Counted from the first letter of the stretch, positions 13,632 through 26,088 are shown. The stretch is 64,000 nt of DNA from Octopus sinensis (GCF_006345805.1 NC_042997.1:175460001-175524000), one strand, 5' to 3'. Made by a program: numbers and translations. Notes: generated from the sequence alone by a model not told the origin.

Positions 13632-13790
13632 CAGTTCTATATTTAAGAGATGAGGAATTATGTACATTATTTACATTTGATGGATATTTGTACTCATCTT
13701 GTTTGTTGTTAACACAACATTTCGGCTGATATACCCTCCAGCCTTCATCAGGTGTCTTGGGGAAATTATTATTGTTATTATTATTCAGGT
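13632..13790 (-). mobile_element. Partial composite element carrying a Penelope-type hammerhead-like motif
   Basis: The minus strand reads GACAC-CTGATGA-AGGCTG-GAGGGTATAT-CAGCC-GAAA-TGTTGTGT and ends in CTTAAATATAGAACTG. Confidence 0.7.
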
Positions 13791-13842
13791 TAAGAGCACA
13801 AGCTACTAACCCCAAGATTCCAAGTTCAATTCCAGGCAATGA

Positions 13843-14630
13843 CATCATCATCATCATCATCATCATTTAGCGTCCGTTTTCCATGCTAGCATGGGTTGGA
13901 CGGTTCTACTGGGGTCTGTGAAGCCAGAAGGCTTCATCAGGCCCAGTCAAATCTGGCAGTGTTTCTACGGCTGGATGCCCTTCCTAACGCCAACCACTCC
14001 GTGAGTGTAGTGGGTTCTTTTTACGTGCCACCCGCACTGGTGCCAGACAGAGCTGGCAAACGGCCACGAACGGATGGTGCTTTTTATGTGCCACCGGCAC
14101 GAGGGCCAGGCGAGGCTGGCAACGGACACGAAACGGGGCGGTGCTGGCAACGGTCGCGAAACGGAAAGTTCTCTTACATGCCACCGGCACTGGTAACACA
14201 TCTGCAATTTCCATTGATCGATTTCCATTGATCGATTTCGATTCTGATCCTCACTTGCCTCAATGGGTCTTCACAAGCAGAGTTTCGACATGCCACCGGC
14301 ACTGGTAGCATATCCGCAATTTCCATTGATCGATTTCGATTCTGATCCTCACTTGCCTCAACACGTCTTCACAAGTAGAGTTTTGTGTCCCAAGAAGGGA
14401 AGGTATGCATACGTAGGCTGGCTCCATCCCATGTAGAAGGCCACGGGTTGTGGACTCACTTGTCCTGCCGGGTCTTCTCGCGCACAGCACACTTCCAGAG
14501 GTCTCGGTCTCTAGTCATTTCCTCAGTGAGACCTAAAGTTCGAAGGTCGTGCTTCACCACCTCGTCCCAGGTTTTCCTGGGTCTGCCTCTTCCACAGGTT
14601 CCCTCAACCGCTAGGGTGTGGCACTTTTTC
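13843..14630 (-). mobile_element. Short 5'-truncated RTE LINE copy
   Basis: (CAT)n tail and 3' region are near-identical in type to the copy at 3849. 14480-14630 aligns to the ORF end at 5503-5670. Confidence 0.9.
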
Positions 14631-14830
14631 ACCTGAATAATTATAATAATAATACTATTAATAATAATAATAATAATAATAACAACAATATCGAAAAATA
14701 CCTTAAGAATGAGAAGAACCCAGGTTCAAAATTTCCCCAAAACACCTGATGAAGCCAAAACGTTGTGTTAACAACAAACAAGATGAGGACAAATATCTGC
14801 CAAATGTCAATAATGTGAATATTAATACTG
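14631..14830 (+). mobile_element. Second partial copy of the hammerhead-bearing composite element (stem II largely deleted)
   Basis: ACCTGAATAA(TAA)n...TTTCCCCAAAACACCTGATGAAGCCAAAACGTTGTGTTAACAACAAACAAGATGAGGACAAATATC, the inverted counterpart of 13632-13790. Confidence 0.7.
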
Positions 14831-15467
14831 GACTGGTACAAGCTTGAGGGAAATGATCAAGAAAAATACCATATAAGCTTGATCTTTTTTTTTTCTTGTT
14901 TGGTGCATTTGTTGTTGTTATTGTTTAAACCCAGGTCAGCCCTGATCAAACAAAACTCTAATCAGAGACATTCCATCTTTAGCCATCTCTCAGATTACAT
15001 TATCCAAAGTGTCCATTCCTTTCCAAAGGTGATAGGGTGTGATTTGAGAAAGATTTGGTTGCTATTTTCTGGCAGATTGAACAATCTTAGACAAGCCTCT
15101 CTTTGGCTAAGCCATCAGCTTGGTCATATGATTTTAGTCTGTTTGGAACAGAGATTAAAAGGGATGTTTTTTTAAACTGAGTAAATAGTGATAACTTATA
15201 TAATAATTGCCAACGTGAGAATGCTTAATATTATTTGATTTACCTAGAGTCCTACTGAAATATGCTTAGAATGTAAACATTAATGGGGAAAAACTAGATC
15301 ACAACTATTTGTGTTGATATTTAACAAATTTACTTTATGGTTTTGTTCTGTATCTATCTCCCTCACTTTCTCCCCCACGTAAAAAAATTACCTGTTTTTA
15401 TCTCATGATTACAAACAAAAGTACCTCCTCTTTATTTATTATTATTATTATTATTATTATATTATTT

Positions 15468-16266
15468 AGGCCGTGAGCTGGCAGAATTGTTTGCACGCTG
15501 AACAAAATGCTTAGCGGTGAGTTCAAGCTCCACCAAGGTCGACTTTGCCTTTCATCCTTATGGGATCAATTAAATAAGTACTAGTTACGCACTGGGGTCA
15601 ATGTAATCAACTTAATCCGTTTGTCTGTCCTTGTTTGTCTCCTCTGTGTTTAGCCCCTTGTGGGTAGTAAAGAAATAGGTATTTTGCCTGTCGGTACGTT
15701 CTGAGTTCAAATTCCACTGAGGTCGACTTTGCCTTTCATCCTTTTGGAATCGATAAATTAAGTACCAATTGACTATAGAGGTCAATGCAATCAACTGTCC
15801 CCTTCCCCCAAATTTCAGGCTTTGTGCCCATAGTAGAAAGGATTATTATTATTATTATTATTATTATCATCATTATTATTATTTAGGTGGTGAGCTGGCA
15901 GAATCGTTAGCATGCTGGATGAAATGCTTAGCGATATTTCATTCATCTTCATGTTCTGAGTTCAAATTCTGCCAAGGTTGACTTTGCCTTTCATCCTTCC
16001 AGGGTCAATAAAATAAGTACCAGTTTAGCACTGGAGTTGATGTAATCAACTTATTCCTTCCCCAAAATTGCTGGCTTTGTGCCAAAATTTGAAACCATCA
16101 TTATCATTATTATTATTAATGGTATTTTACGTCTAATAACTCTACACCAGTGGTTCTCAAAATTATTTTGCATTGTAGAACCCTTATATAATTTTCAAAA
16201 AACATCAGGGAGCCTATTTGTATATTTTACAGACAACTCCAGCATATATATATATATTATATATAT

Positions 16267-16297
<31 letters not shown>

Positions 16298-16742
16298 ATA
16301 TATTATATATATATATGTATATACTACAAAATTAGAAAATGGAGAAACATACTTAAATCAATAAAACATCAACTATCAGATGATACCCAATCAATACTTT
16401 ATTACACCATTACATATCAGTAAGGCATTATACAAAATATACAGTAATGTAAATAGACAAGGAAATATAAGTATAAAATATAAAATATAATATGTAATTA
16501 TATCATATCTATATATGTATATATATATATATGTGTGTATATATATGTGTGTATATATGTATGTGTGTATATATGTATGTATGTGTGTATATATGTATGT
16601 ATGTGTGTATATATAATGTATGTGTGTATATATATATGTATGTGTGTGTATATATATATGTATGTGTGTATATATATATTATATGTATGTGTGTATATAA
16701 TATATATATGTATCTATGTGTATATATATATATGTATCTATG

Positions 16743-16775
<33 letters not shown>

Positions 16776-16786
16776 GTATATACATG

Positions 16787-16833
<47 letters not shown>

Positions 16834-17060
16834 ATATATGTATATATATGGCAAGCTGGCAGAATTGTTAGCACGCCGGGCAAAATGCATAGCCGTATTT
16901 CGTCTGCCATTACATTCTGAGTTCAAATTCCACCGAGGTCGACTTTGCCTTTCATCCTTTTGGGGTCAATACATTAAGTACTAGTTACGCACTGGGGTCG
17001 ATGTAATCGACTTAATCCGTTTGTCTGTCCTTGTTTAGCCCCTTGTGGATAATAAAGAAA

Positions 17061-17152
<92 letters not shown>

Positions 17153-17472
17153 AACTTACTTGGAAAAGGATGTGTGGCGTTCGATCATATAATAATATAA
17201 ATAATATATAATTATATGCCAAGACGATAGAAAAATTATTATGAACGCTAGGAAGACGAGCTTATGAAGGAGAGAGGTATAAGCACATTTTATTGGCATT
17301 TCTGACTGTTTTATGTCCTGAGTTGAAATTCCACTAAGGTTGACATTGCCTTTCATCGTTACAGGGTCTATAAAATAAGTATCACTCAAGTACTGAAGTC
17401 AATGTGACCAACTTTTCCCCCACCTCAAAACTGTCGGCTTTGTGCTAAAATTTAAAATCATCATCATCATCA

Positions 17473-17515
<43 letters not shown>

Positions 17516-17715
17516 GGTGGCAAGCTGGCAGCACTGTTAGCACACAAGGCAAAATGCTTAGTGACATTTCATCTGTCTCTACATGTTGAGTTAAAATTCC
17601 GCCAAGGTTGACTTTACCTTTCAGGGTCAATAAATTAAGTGAAACACTAGGGTTGATGTAATTGACTAGTCCCCTCCCATCAAGTTTCCGGCTTTGAGCA
17701 TATAGTAGAGAGGAT
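15468..17715. mobile_element. Cluster of SINE family B copies interleaved with microsatellites
   Basis: At least six copies of GAGCTGGCAGAA..GTTAGCA..AAATGCTTAG..GAGTTCAAATTCC..GAGGTCGACTTTGCCTTTCATCC, at about 15468, 15690, 15886, 16850, 17240 (minus) and 17517. Confidence 0.85.
16505..16850. repeat. Compound (TA)n/(TG)n/(TATG)n microsatellite
   Basis: Directly visible. It is the source of the YI/CV-repeat pseudo-ORFs. Confidence 0.97.
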
Positions 17716-18248
17716 TATTATTATTATTGACTGAGAGAGCAGTGCATGCCATCAAAGTGACACTGAGTAAAATATACAAAGCCCAGTATACCCATCATAA
17801 CTATCTGTCTGATAAGGGTATACCAGGCACATGCATCACAACCATATGTGTGTGACCTGATCTCATATCAAGATAAACAGTGCATGACCTTCCAGGTGGG
17901 GCCCAATTAAAATTTTCTTCAGGTTGAGTAGCCCATCCTGCTCAAAAGGTCCCTGAATAAGGGATTTTTAAGGATGTTGAACAAAACACCCATGTTTCCA
18001 GAGGTGAATTATTCAAACTCCAAAGAATTCCTCCCAACACATGGCTATGATGCTCCCTCATTACTTCTGCTTGTGATCAGAGATGCCTATATTGTCAACC
18101 ACCAAAGGACATACTCAAACAGGTTATGGTCAAATAACTGTGTGGTATTGAGCAGAATATTTGCTATAGCCCATCCAATTAGTTAAGATCAGAAGCCATG
18201 AGAGCCAGTGCCTGGTACTGCATGAGGGTAATTATTATTATTATTATA

Positions 18249-18295
<47 letters not shown>

Positions 18296-18692
18296 CTTTT
18301 TGTATAAGCTTAGGGTCAATGAAGGATCAAAGAAGGAAGGTGTTGAAAACCAGAGAAGTTTTGAGATTTCAGATCTTAAGTAATGATGTATTGAAACAGT
18401 TGAAGCATAACATATTGAATGTCAAGAAAGTATAAAGAAAGCAATGGGAGGTGGAAAATAAACATTTGGGATAGCTCAGTCAATCTGTTATCTTTTAAGT
18501 GGCCTTATTACATTTTAACTTATCAACTGTTCCTTTCTAGTATTACTACTTTGATATGATATTAAAGTTTCCCAACAGTGTATTTTATAATGGTTGATAT
18601 AGTTTTGTCTAGTTGCTTTTGTGTGCTTGCAGTCACCCCAAGCAATTCTAAGTGATGCCCTCTTTTTTTCTGGGTGTTGCTGGTTTTGCTGT

Positions 18693-18730
<38 letters not shown>

Positions 18731-18936
18731 ACACACACACACACATGTAATGAGACATTAAACACCTTGTAGGATTGAGTTGCTGATTTAATATAATTAC
18801 TCACACACATACACACATTCTTACACACACACACATATATATAAAAGGTGTGTTACTTGGCACCCATATATCAATGTGTCTTTTGTCTGTTGCTGACCTG
18901 AAACACAAGCAGATTTCTGTTCACTTACACTAATAG

Positions 18937-19009
18937 AGACATTCTAGATTCACTGACGGCCGACCGATGGTATTGTATTGTTTTACACAACTACTCTTGA
19001 GACCAACTT
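18937..19009 (+). CDS. Candidate coding exon, product unknown (RHSRFTDGRPMVLYCFTQLLLRPT)
   Basis: Acceptor at TAATAG (or ATTCTAG at 18947), donor T|GTGAGT, open frame and retained CpGs. Phase-compatible with 19234-19344. No homology recognised. Confidence 0.3.
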
Positions 19010-19233
19010 GTGAGTACCCTCCCTGCACACCCTGCGCACAATTGCACATATTTTTATCTCTCATTCACATCTTTGGTATCTACCTGTTGCCTGGAATTAA
19101 GCAGTGACATTTACCTCTCAACCCCACATTCTCACCACATATGAAAGAGAAATTCCTTCTCTGTACTGGTTAACAAAAAGGCCAGTATTTCACGAGTTTG
19201 TTCGCCACCCTTGATATATCATTTCATCATCAG

Positions 19234-19344
19234 TTGATCCAGTGAAGATTATTGAGTTGTACTGTAGTCACCTAACCAGATGTTATTCAATTGCATCAGC
19301 CACTGATAAATGGATTTTGTTGACTTCACCAATGACGGATATGC
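19234..19344 (+). CDS. Candidate coding exon, product unknown (xDPVKIIELYCSHLTRCYSIASATDKWILLTSPMTDM)
   Basis: Acceptor ATTTCATCATCAG, donor C|GTGAGT, 111 nt symmetric (phase 1-1), open frame. No homology recognised. Confidence 0.33.
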
Positions 19345-21037
19345 GTGAGTAGGTTCTCTTAAAGAAATTGATACTGAAATCATTCAGATACACTAATATT
19401 GTTTCAAACATACAAACAGAAAGATATTTAGTATGCAGATAAAAATTTGCCTCTAATTTAATCATATAGACTTGTGTTTTGATATATGTACATAATTTAT
19501 CACTATTTACCATCTTCTGTGTGAGTTTACCAGTTTGTTTGCATATCTGTCATAATATAGCTATATATATATGTGTGTGTGTGTACGTACATATATACAG
19601 AAAAATACACGTGCACGTATGAAAAATTATATCAGGTGAAAACTGTGGTTATTATTGTATTTTTGTTTCACTATAAAATTAGTTTTGATAAGAATTCAAG
19701 AGAAAATCTCTTTCTAGAAAGTAAATATTGATTTTTAATTGTCAGTGAGTCACAATTTACAAAGAAATTTTAATTGTGAAACAAAAATCTGGTGTTTTTA
19801 ACAGATTACAAAAACACACTCATACGCCTTTGATAATTATTTTTGTTAGTTATGTGTATGCATAAAAGAAGTTATGACATTTTATTTTTAAAATATAATT
19901 AAAGGCATTGAGTGCAATAGTCCACTATCTCAGCACCTCCAGCATGTCATAATTGTTGGGTTAGGGAGAGTTACCAAGTGTCAGTGCATGATTGTGCATG
20001 CACACGTGTGTGTGTGTGTGTGTGTTACTGCCTTCGTAGCTTGATATTTTGTGACAACTGAAAATGAATGTCTCCATCATGCAAGCAGTGTCTTTCATTC
20101 CCAGTCTTTCATGGAAACATATCTGGTCATGAAGAAATATTACCTTACTTAGAAACAGGTGAGAGTTGGCATCAGGAAGGGCATCCAGCCGTAGAGAAAT
20201 ATTTACCTCAACAAAAATTTCATCCAATTTATGTAAGCATAGAAAATTGGACATTAAAACAATGTTGATGATTTTACACACACACACACACACATTGATA
20301 TAGATACATACATACAGACATACATACATACATACATGCATGCATGCATGTATGTATGTATGCATGCATGCATACATACATACACATATACATACAAGTG
20401 CCATCTGTGAGTGGAACAGTAAAAATATGCAAGACTTTTCTCAAGTTCCAAATGTGAATTTGTCTGTGTTAACTACATCCCAAAGGTGGTACCTTGTGTC
20501 TTTATTAAAAATTGGCTCCCTCCTCAGTGAAAGATTTATAATAATTAAAAAATAGAAGACACGCACACACACACATAGATATTGTAATAAATTTGCGTAT
20601 GACTTAAAGGTCTTATCTATCTTCAGATAAAATGTGACATTTTATGAGAGTGACAGTTGGCCAAGTTTATAGGCATGTTTGCTTATTTGTCCCAATCACA
20701 GTCTCACTATCTCTGAATACTTTCCAAGATTAGATATGACTTTCTGATGGTAGAAACTGTCAGTGTGGTTCAATTTAAAAAACAAAAAGAATCATAAATT
20801 AGTTATTTGAAAATTCACTTTTTCATCTTTAAATGTTATTACTTTTGTAGGGGTACAAAAGAGATACAAAGGTATAGAAAGGTTTTAAGAACCAGTAGCT
20901 TGGTTTGTGGTACCTATGAAGGAAGCTTTGATGCAGCTCTGTTTGAAAGTTTTTACCAAATATTTGGTCAACTATCTCTGTAATCAAGGTCTACATACTC
21001 AGAACTGAGCGAGTAGGGAAATTTAGGCATTTCTTAC

Positions 21038-21153
21038 AATATCTACAGCCCTGTAGGAGTAGATTAAATCAGTAAGCCATTCTGGTGGTATTACTCTGCA
21101 ATCACCTCCATTAGGTTTAAGGAGTGAGGTTATACTTGGGATATCAGTAGCAA
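21038..21153 (-). CDS. Candidate exon, product unknown (xATDIPSITSLLKPNGGDCRVIPPEWLTDLIYSYRAVDI)
   Basis: Acceptor TGTTTTTATGTTCAG, donor ATT|GTAAGA, open frame. No homology recognised. Confidence 0.25.
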
Positions 21154-22509
21154 CTGAACATAAAAACATTGATAGATTCACATGTTATCTCAATGACGTA
21201 TGATGGCCATCTGGAGAAAGTCTTATAGATGTATGGTAGTTATATGGAGAAACTCTTACAAATGAAAGAAATCCCAGTTCAGGTTTGGTTATCTGATAAG
21301 CATATGTTTGGGTCTTTGTCGCTTGAAATTTGTCTATCTTCTTCCATCCTGTGTAGGAGTTCAAAATCCCTAAATAAAATAAATAAATCAATATCAAACT
21401 AATTTATTAGTTCAGAAGCTTAGGGAATTTTTTTTTCTTTTACTTTATCAAATGTAATACTATGAGTTGCTTTACTTCTCTTTTTATTTATTCCTCTCTA
21501 CCATTTGAAAACACTTTCCTTAAATCACACCTTGCTCTCTTAAAAATAGAAGGACACATTGATTGGATAATGTAGTTTTTGATAAAACTTGGATAATGTA
21601 GTTTTAGAATAAAAGAAGGGATGGTCATCACTTGAATGTCTTTGATTATAGGTCTGCTAACAAAGGCTGATCTGGTGCTAAAAAAACAAAATTATTCTCA
21701 AGCACGATTGAAATTTTAATACTTCAGTTTAACATTTTGGCAACAAAGTCTAATTATTGATATTTCAACATAAAAGATGACAGAACCACTCTTATAAATT
21801 CTATAAGATTAAAGATTAAAATAGAATTCAGAATAAAAAGGGTATTTTTGTTCATTCTACTTTAATATTTTTTTTTTAATCAACAAAAAAAAGAGTGAAA
21901 AAGTTATTTTGATAGTTTGGTCCAGATGAAGAAGCTTTGCCCATGGCCTTTACAAGCTTCCCCAGATTGGTGAGATCAATGCCATTTAAACTATTGCAGA
22001 TGAGAAAATAAAGTAAATCTTACCCTACTTAGTGTCTTGTCATAGCAAGAACACATCATCATCATAATGCTCATTTCTCCATGCTTGCAAGAGTGGGATA
22101 GAATTTGTCGAGGCACATGTTCTATAGCCAGATGCCTTTCCCGTCACCAACCTTCACCTACTTTCAAGTACAGAATATTTCCCCCATGACCAGTCATGTT
22201 TTCATGGAAGACTGGAAATATAGAGCACTGCTTTCATGATGGTGATACTTGCTTATGACTATCTTGCAATGTCAATGAAAGGAAACAGTAACACACACAG
22301 ATACATATACATGATGGGCTTCTTCCAGTTTTTGTCTACCAAATCAATTCACAAGTCTTTGGTCAGCCTGGGGTTATAGTAGAAGATACTTACCCAAAAC
22401 CATGTGGTTGAAAAGCAAATTTCTTACCATACAACCACACTTGTGCCTATCACAACCATGCTTGCACTTAGATATTAAATCATATATATTTCTTTATTAA
22501 ATCATATAT

Positions 22510-22737
22510 ATTTCTTTACTGCCTACAAGAGGCTAAACATAGAGGGGACAAACAAGGTCAGACAAACAGATTAAGTCGATTACATCGACCCCAGTGCGAA
22601 ACTGGTGCTTTATTTATCTACCTCGAAAGGATGAAAGGCAAAGTCGACCTCGGCGGAATTTGAACTCAGAACTTAACGACAGACGAAATACCGCTAAGCA
22701 TTCCGCCCGGCGTGCTAACGTTTCTGCCAGCTCGCAG
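22510..22737 (-). mobile_element. SINE family B, young copy
   Basis: Reverse complement of the 34386-34622 copy; CpGs retained. Confidence 0.88.
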
Positions 22738-24435
22738 AATAGTCTTAGATACACTATAGGTGACGACAGAAAGACTGCATGGTCATGGTTGGTGTGCCTT
22801 TCACATATGTCCATTCAATCATGATTGAATTACAGCTAAACAATAACACAACCACCACATGTCAGACTAACCTTCCTGCAATTTCGCCGTTTGTATCCGA
22901 TTCTTCTCTTCAAACACATTACAGTAAACATATACAGTTCTTCATTCTAACAACTGTTATTCTACTCTGTGAAAATGATTTTTCCTTCTTCAATGTATTT
23001 CTGCAATGCACTGACCTCTGATCTTTCCAACTGAGTGCCCCTCATGCTGGAGGCAATATATTTCATTACTCAGAAGCTTCCATGTATGAAAAGAAAAAAG
23101 ATATATCTCTCAGAGGTTTCTCTCAAATACCATCATCACCACTACCACTACCACCACTGCCATTGCTATCATCATTGGCGTCATCATTATTAATGTTGTT
23201 TATTTAACTCCAAGTCAGCTTTGATCCAGGTGAAATACGATAAAATGTGTTCCAGCTTTTAATGCTTCATTTTCCCATCATATTTCTTTTCTTTTCCTGT
23301 TTTGACTAATTATGTTTTTCCTTCCATTAGACAGTAAGGTGCAATTTGAGAGAAATTTGGGTGATATCTGTAACAGATAAAGCACCCACTTAGACTCTGT
23401 TATTAGTTTGTTATAGTGAAATCGGCTCCAATCAAAAGTGTTCCAAATATGACCATTCATCTTAGTATTTTTAAATTGCATTGAGGGCCACTTTATCAAA
23501 TGTGCCCTCCCTTTTTTTTTCTTTGAAACAAAAAAAAAACAGTTGGGTATGATTTGAAGGAAGTTTGGCTACTGTTTCTAGTAGATTCAGCTTCTCCATA
23601 CAGGGTCCTTCATTGGCATATTTTCACTTCTAATGTATCATCCTTGATGATATATTTCTGACATAATTTTTATTAAGCAATAAAAGTTTTTATGCTTTAT
23701 GTACTAGTTTAGGTTTTCAGAAATATTAGCAAATTTGTGCCTGTTTGCGTATTTGTGTGTGTGTGGGTTGTGCTTGTTTTGTGGTGTATGTGTGTTTGAC
23801 TTAAATCTGAAACTATAGAATATGAAATTATGTAATTTGTTGTAGCAGCATGCAACAACAGGAAGTGTGTGGAAAATATGTGACAAGTAATAACTCATAA
23901 GTTATATTGTGTACACAATCTTATTTCCATTTATTTTATGGGTGGAAGTAGACTGCAGTGTTTTTATAAAAAGTTATAGGATTTAATGCAGTAAAAGTCA
24001 TTTCATTAACTCACAGTGAAAGGATGTTTATTTGACTGTTGAAAAACAAAAAGTTATATCAAATTCTGAATAAAAAATCTTAAGAACTATGTGTTTGAGA
24101 TACAAAGATTGCTTTTGTCATACATCAACAAATCACCCCCCAGTAAAGGAGAACAACTATGTGCAGAATCAGTCCTGTCTTTTGCTTAAGATTGAATCAA
24201 ATTTCACTGTTTCAGAATATTTTTAAATATGCATCTTAAAGATTTGTCCCCCCCCCCCCGCTCATTTTTCTCACACAGAAACACTATTAAGTCATGTCTT
24301 TTGCTTCCTTCTCTGTTTTAATTTGTGTATTCTGCAGTTATTGTCAAGTGTTTTATTTCCCTGTGTGTGTGTGTGTGTGTGTGTGGATAATATATATATG
24401 TGTGTGTGTGGATAATATATATGTGTGTGTGTGTA

Positions 24436-24490
<55 letters not shown>

Positions 24491-24648
24491 TCATCAATTA
24501 ATGTCCACTTCCATGCTGGCATGGGTTGGACAGTTTAACAGGGTCCAAAGTGGCGCAAAGTTGCATCATGTTCCATGTCAGCTTTGACATGTAAATGTAA
24601 TGTGTGTGAGTGTATGTATATGTATGTATGTGTGTGTGTGTGTTTATA

Positions 24649-26036
24649 TCTACTACATATGTGGGGAATTCTTTCTGTGGGCGTGTTTGTTTATGGAGTT
24701 GTTAGCTAACTCCTACATCATTTTATTGATTTTGATGAAACTTGACACATGAGTAGAACGCATGTCTGGAAACTTTGTGACATAATTAGATTGTTGAAAA
24801 AATCGATAATAAGGCCCCTGCAAGAGATCCTTATATCTTCTATATATAACTAATATATTTTACTTAAGCAACCAAGGGAAATAAGCCATAGCACCTGCAT
24901 TTACAATTGTCAGTTTTTAGCAAAGCGATCAATATTTGATTCTCATTATCAGTGAACCTAATTCTGTATTTTACTACTCACAGTTTTGAACTGCTAAACC
25001 TTATTATTGCACTTTCTTGACTTGAATCTTAAACATTAAAGATTTCATTCATACATTTATATACATACATACATTTTTGCACTTATATGTTAGCTTTAAT
25101 AAATTAGCCTTGATATATAGTTAACCTTTAAAATGCCACATGTAAGAGTAAGAGTGGGTACTTCTACTTCACAAGCTGCTCTAATGTGACAGTGGTGATC
25201 TCAAATAAGTCTCCAATTCATTATGTTTGATATTTAATAAATCAAGCAATTATTCTTCATCTATTCTCCTTCAATATCTCGACAGCTATATACATATTGC
25301 TGTAATTAATTTAGACATTGCATTAATAGACATTTTTCAACATCTCCAAATAACTAAATGCTAGCAATGCATGCAGGGTTTTCAATTAAATTTGATTAGA
25401 CTTTGAATGCCCATAACTTCGATAATTCTGCATTTTTCCATTTTTCCAGTAGATAAATATTTGATTCCAGAATGTATTTAATATGTGTGTCCCAATCCTG
25501 CTTTTTCTCACAGACAGCTCTATTTCAGAAAATTTATTCATCTATGCTCCCAACAGCAAAGCCAAAAACATTGTGTATCACGAAGCCCTCTTTAAGACTG
25601 ACAATCTCACTCGCCAACCTCCACTAACCTCTCTCGCCAACCTCTGACAACTTCTCTCGCCAACCTCTGACAACTTCTCTCGCCAACCTCTGACAACTTT
25701 TCTCGCCAACCTCTGACAACCTCTCTCACCAACCTCTGACAACCCCTCTCGCCAACCTCCGACGATTTCTCTCGATAACCTCTGACAATCTCTCTCACCA
25801 ACCTCTAACGATCTCTCTTGCCAACCTGTGACAAGTCTCTCTCACCAACCTGTGACAATCTCTCTCACCAACCGCCAACAAGCTCTCCCCTCCTCTAGCT
25901 GACAGTTTTTTGTACTTTTTCACGGCAGGAAATACACCTTTTGTGGCAGTTATAACAAAATTGCATTTTTATATCAGAGTAATAAGGCATTTAAATAGAA
26001 CAAGTTTACCCTTGGGAATTACTGGTACACCATCTA

Positions 26037-26037
<1 letters not shown>
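24649..26037 (+). mobile_element. Non-autonomous Helitron relic
   Basis: A|TC 5' end and CTAG|T 3' end. The 5' region includes GATTTTGATGAAACTTGACACA. Decayed helicase C-terminus (PNPAFSHRQLY; SENLFIYAPNSKAKNIVYHEAL) at about 25490-25590 resembles the Helitron PIF1-like CFSHGQLYVA...LFIYAP.GKTKNIVY.E.L motif. Confidence 0.8.
25607..25880. repeat. 23-bp minisatellite, about 12 copies
   Basis: Unit CGCCAACCTCTGACAACTTCTCT; period 23 (25635, 25658, 25681...). Confidence 0.95.

Positions 26038-26085
<48 letters not shown>

Positions 26086-26088
<3 letters not shown>

Noticed and set aside
16509-16984. ORFs of 129-149 aa rich in Y/I/C/V/H/T
   Set aside because: They are translations of TA/TG microsatellites; the same applies to similar ORFs at 6.1-7.6, 20.0-20.5, 24.3 and 26.2 kb.
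19283-19375. Minus frame ending ...IHLSVADAIE-stop, vaguely STAS-like
   Set aside because: Only a few residues match, and it is the antisense of the better-defined plus-strand candidate exon.
25607-25801. 64-aa repetitive ORF
   Set aside because: It is the translation of the 23-bp minisatellite.
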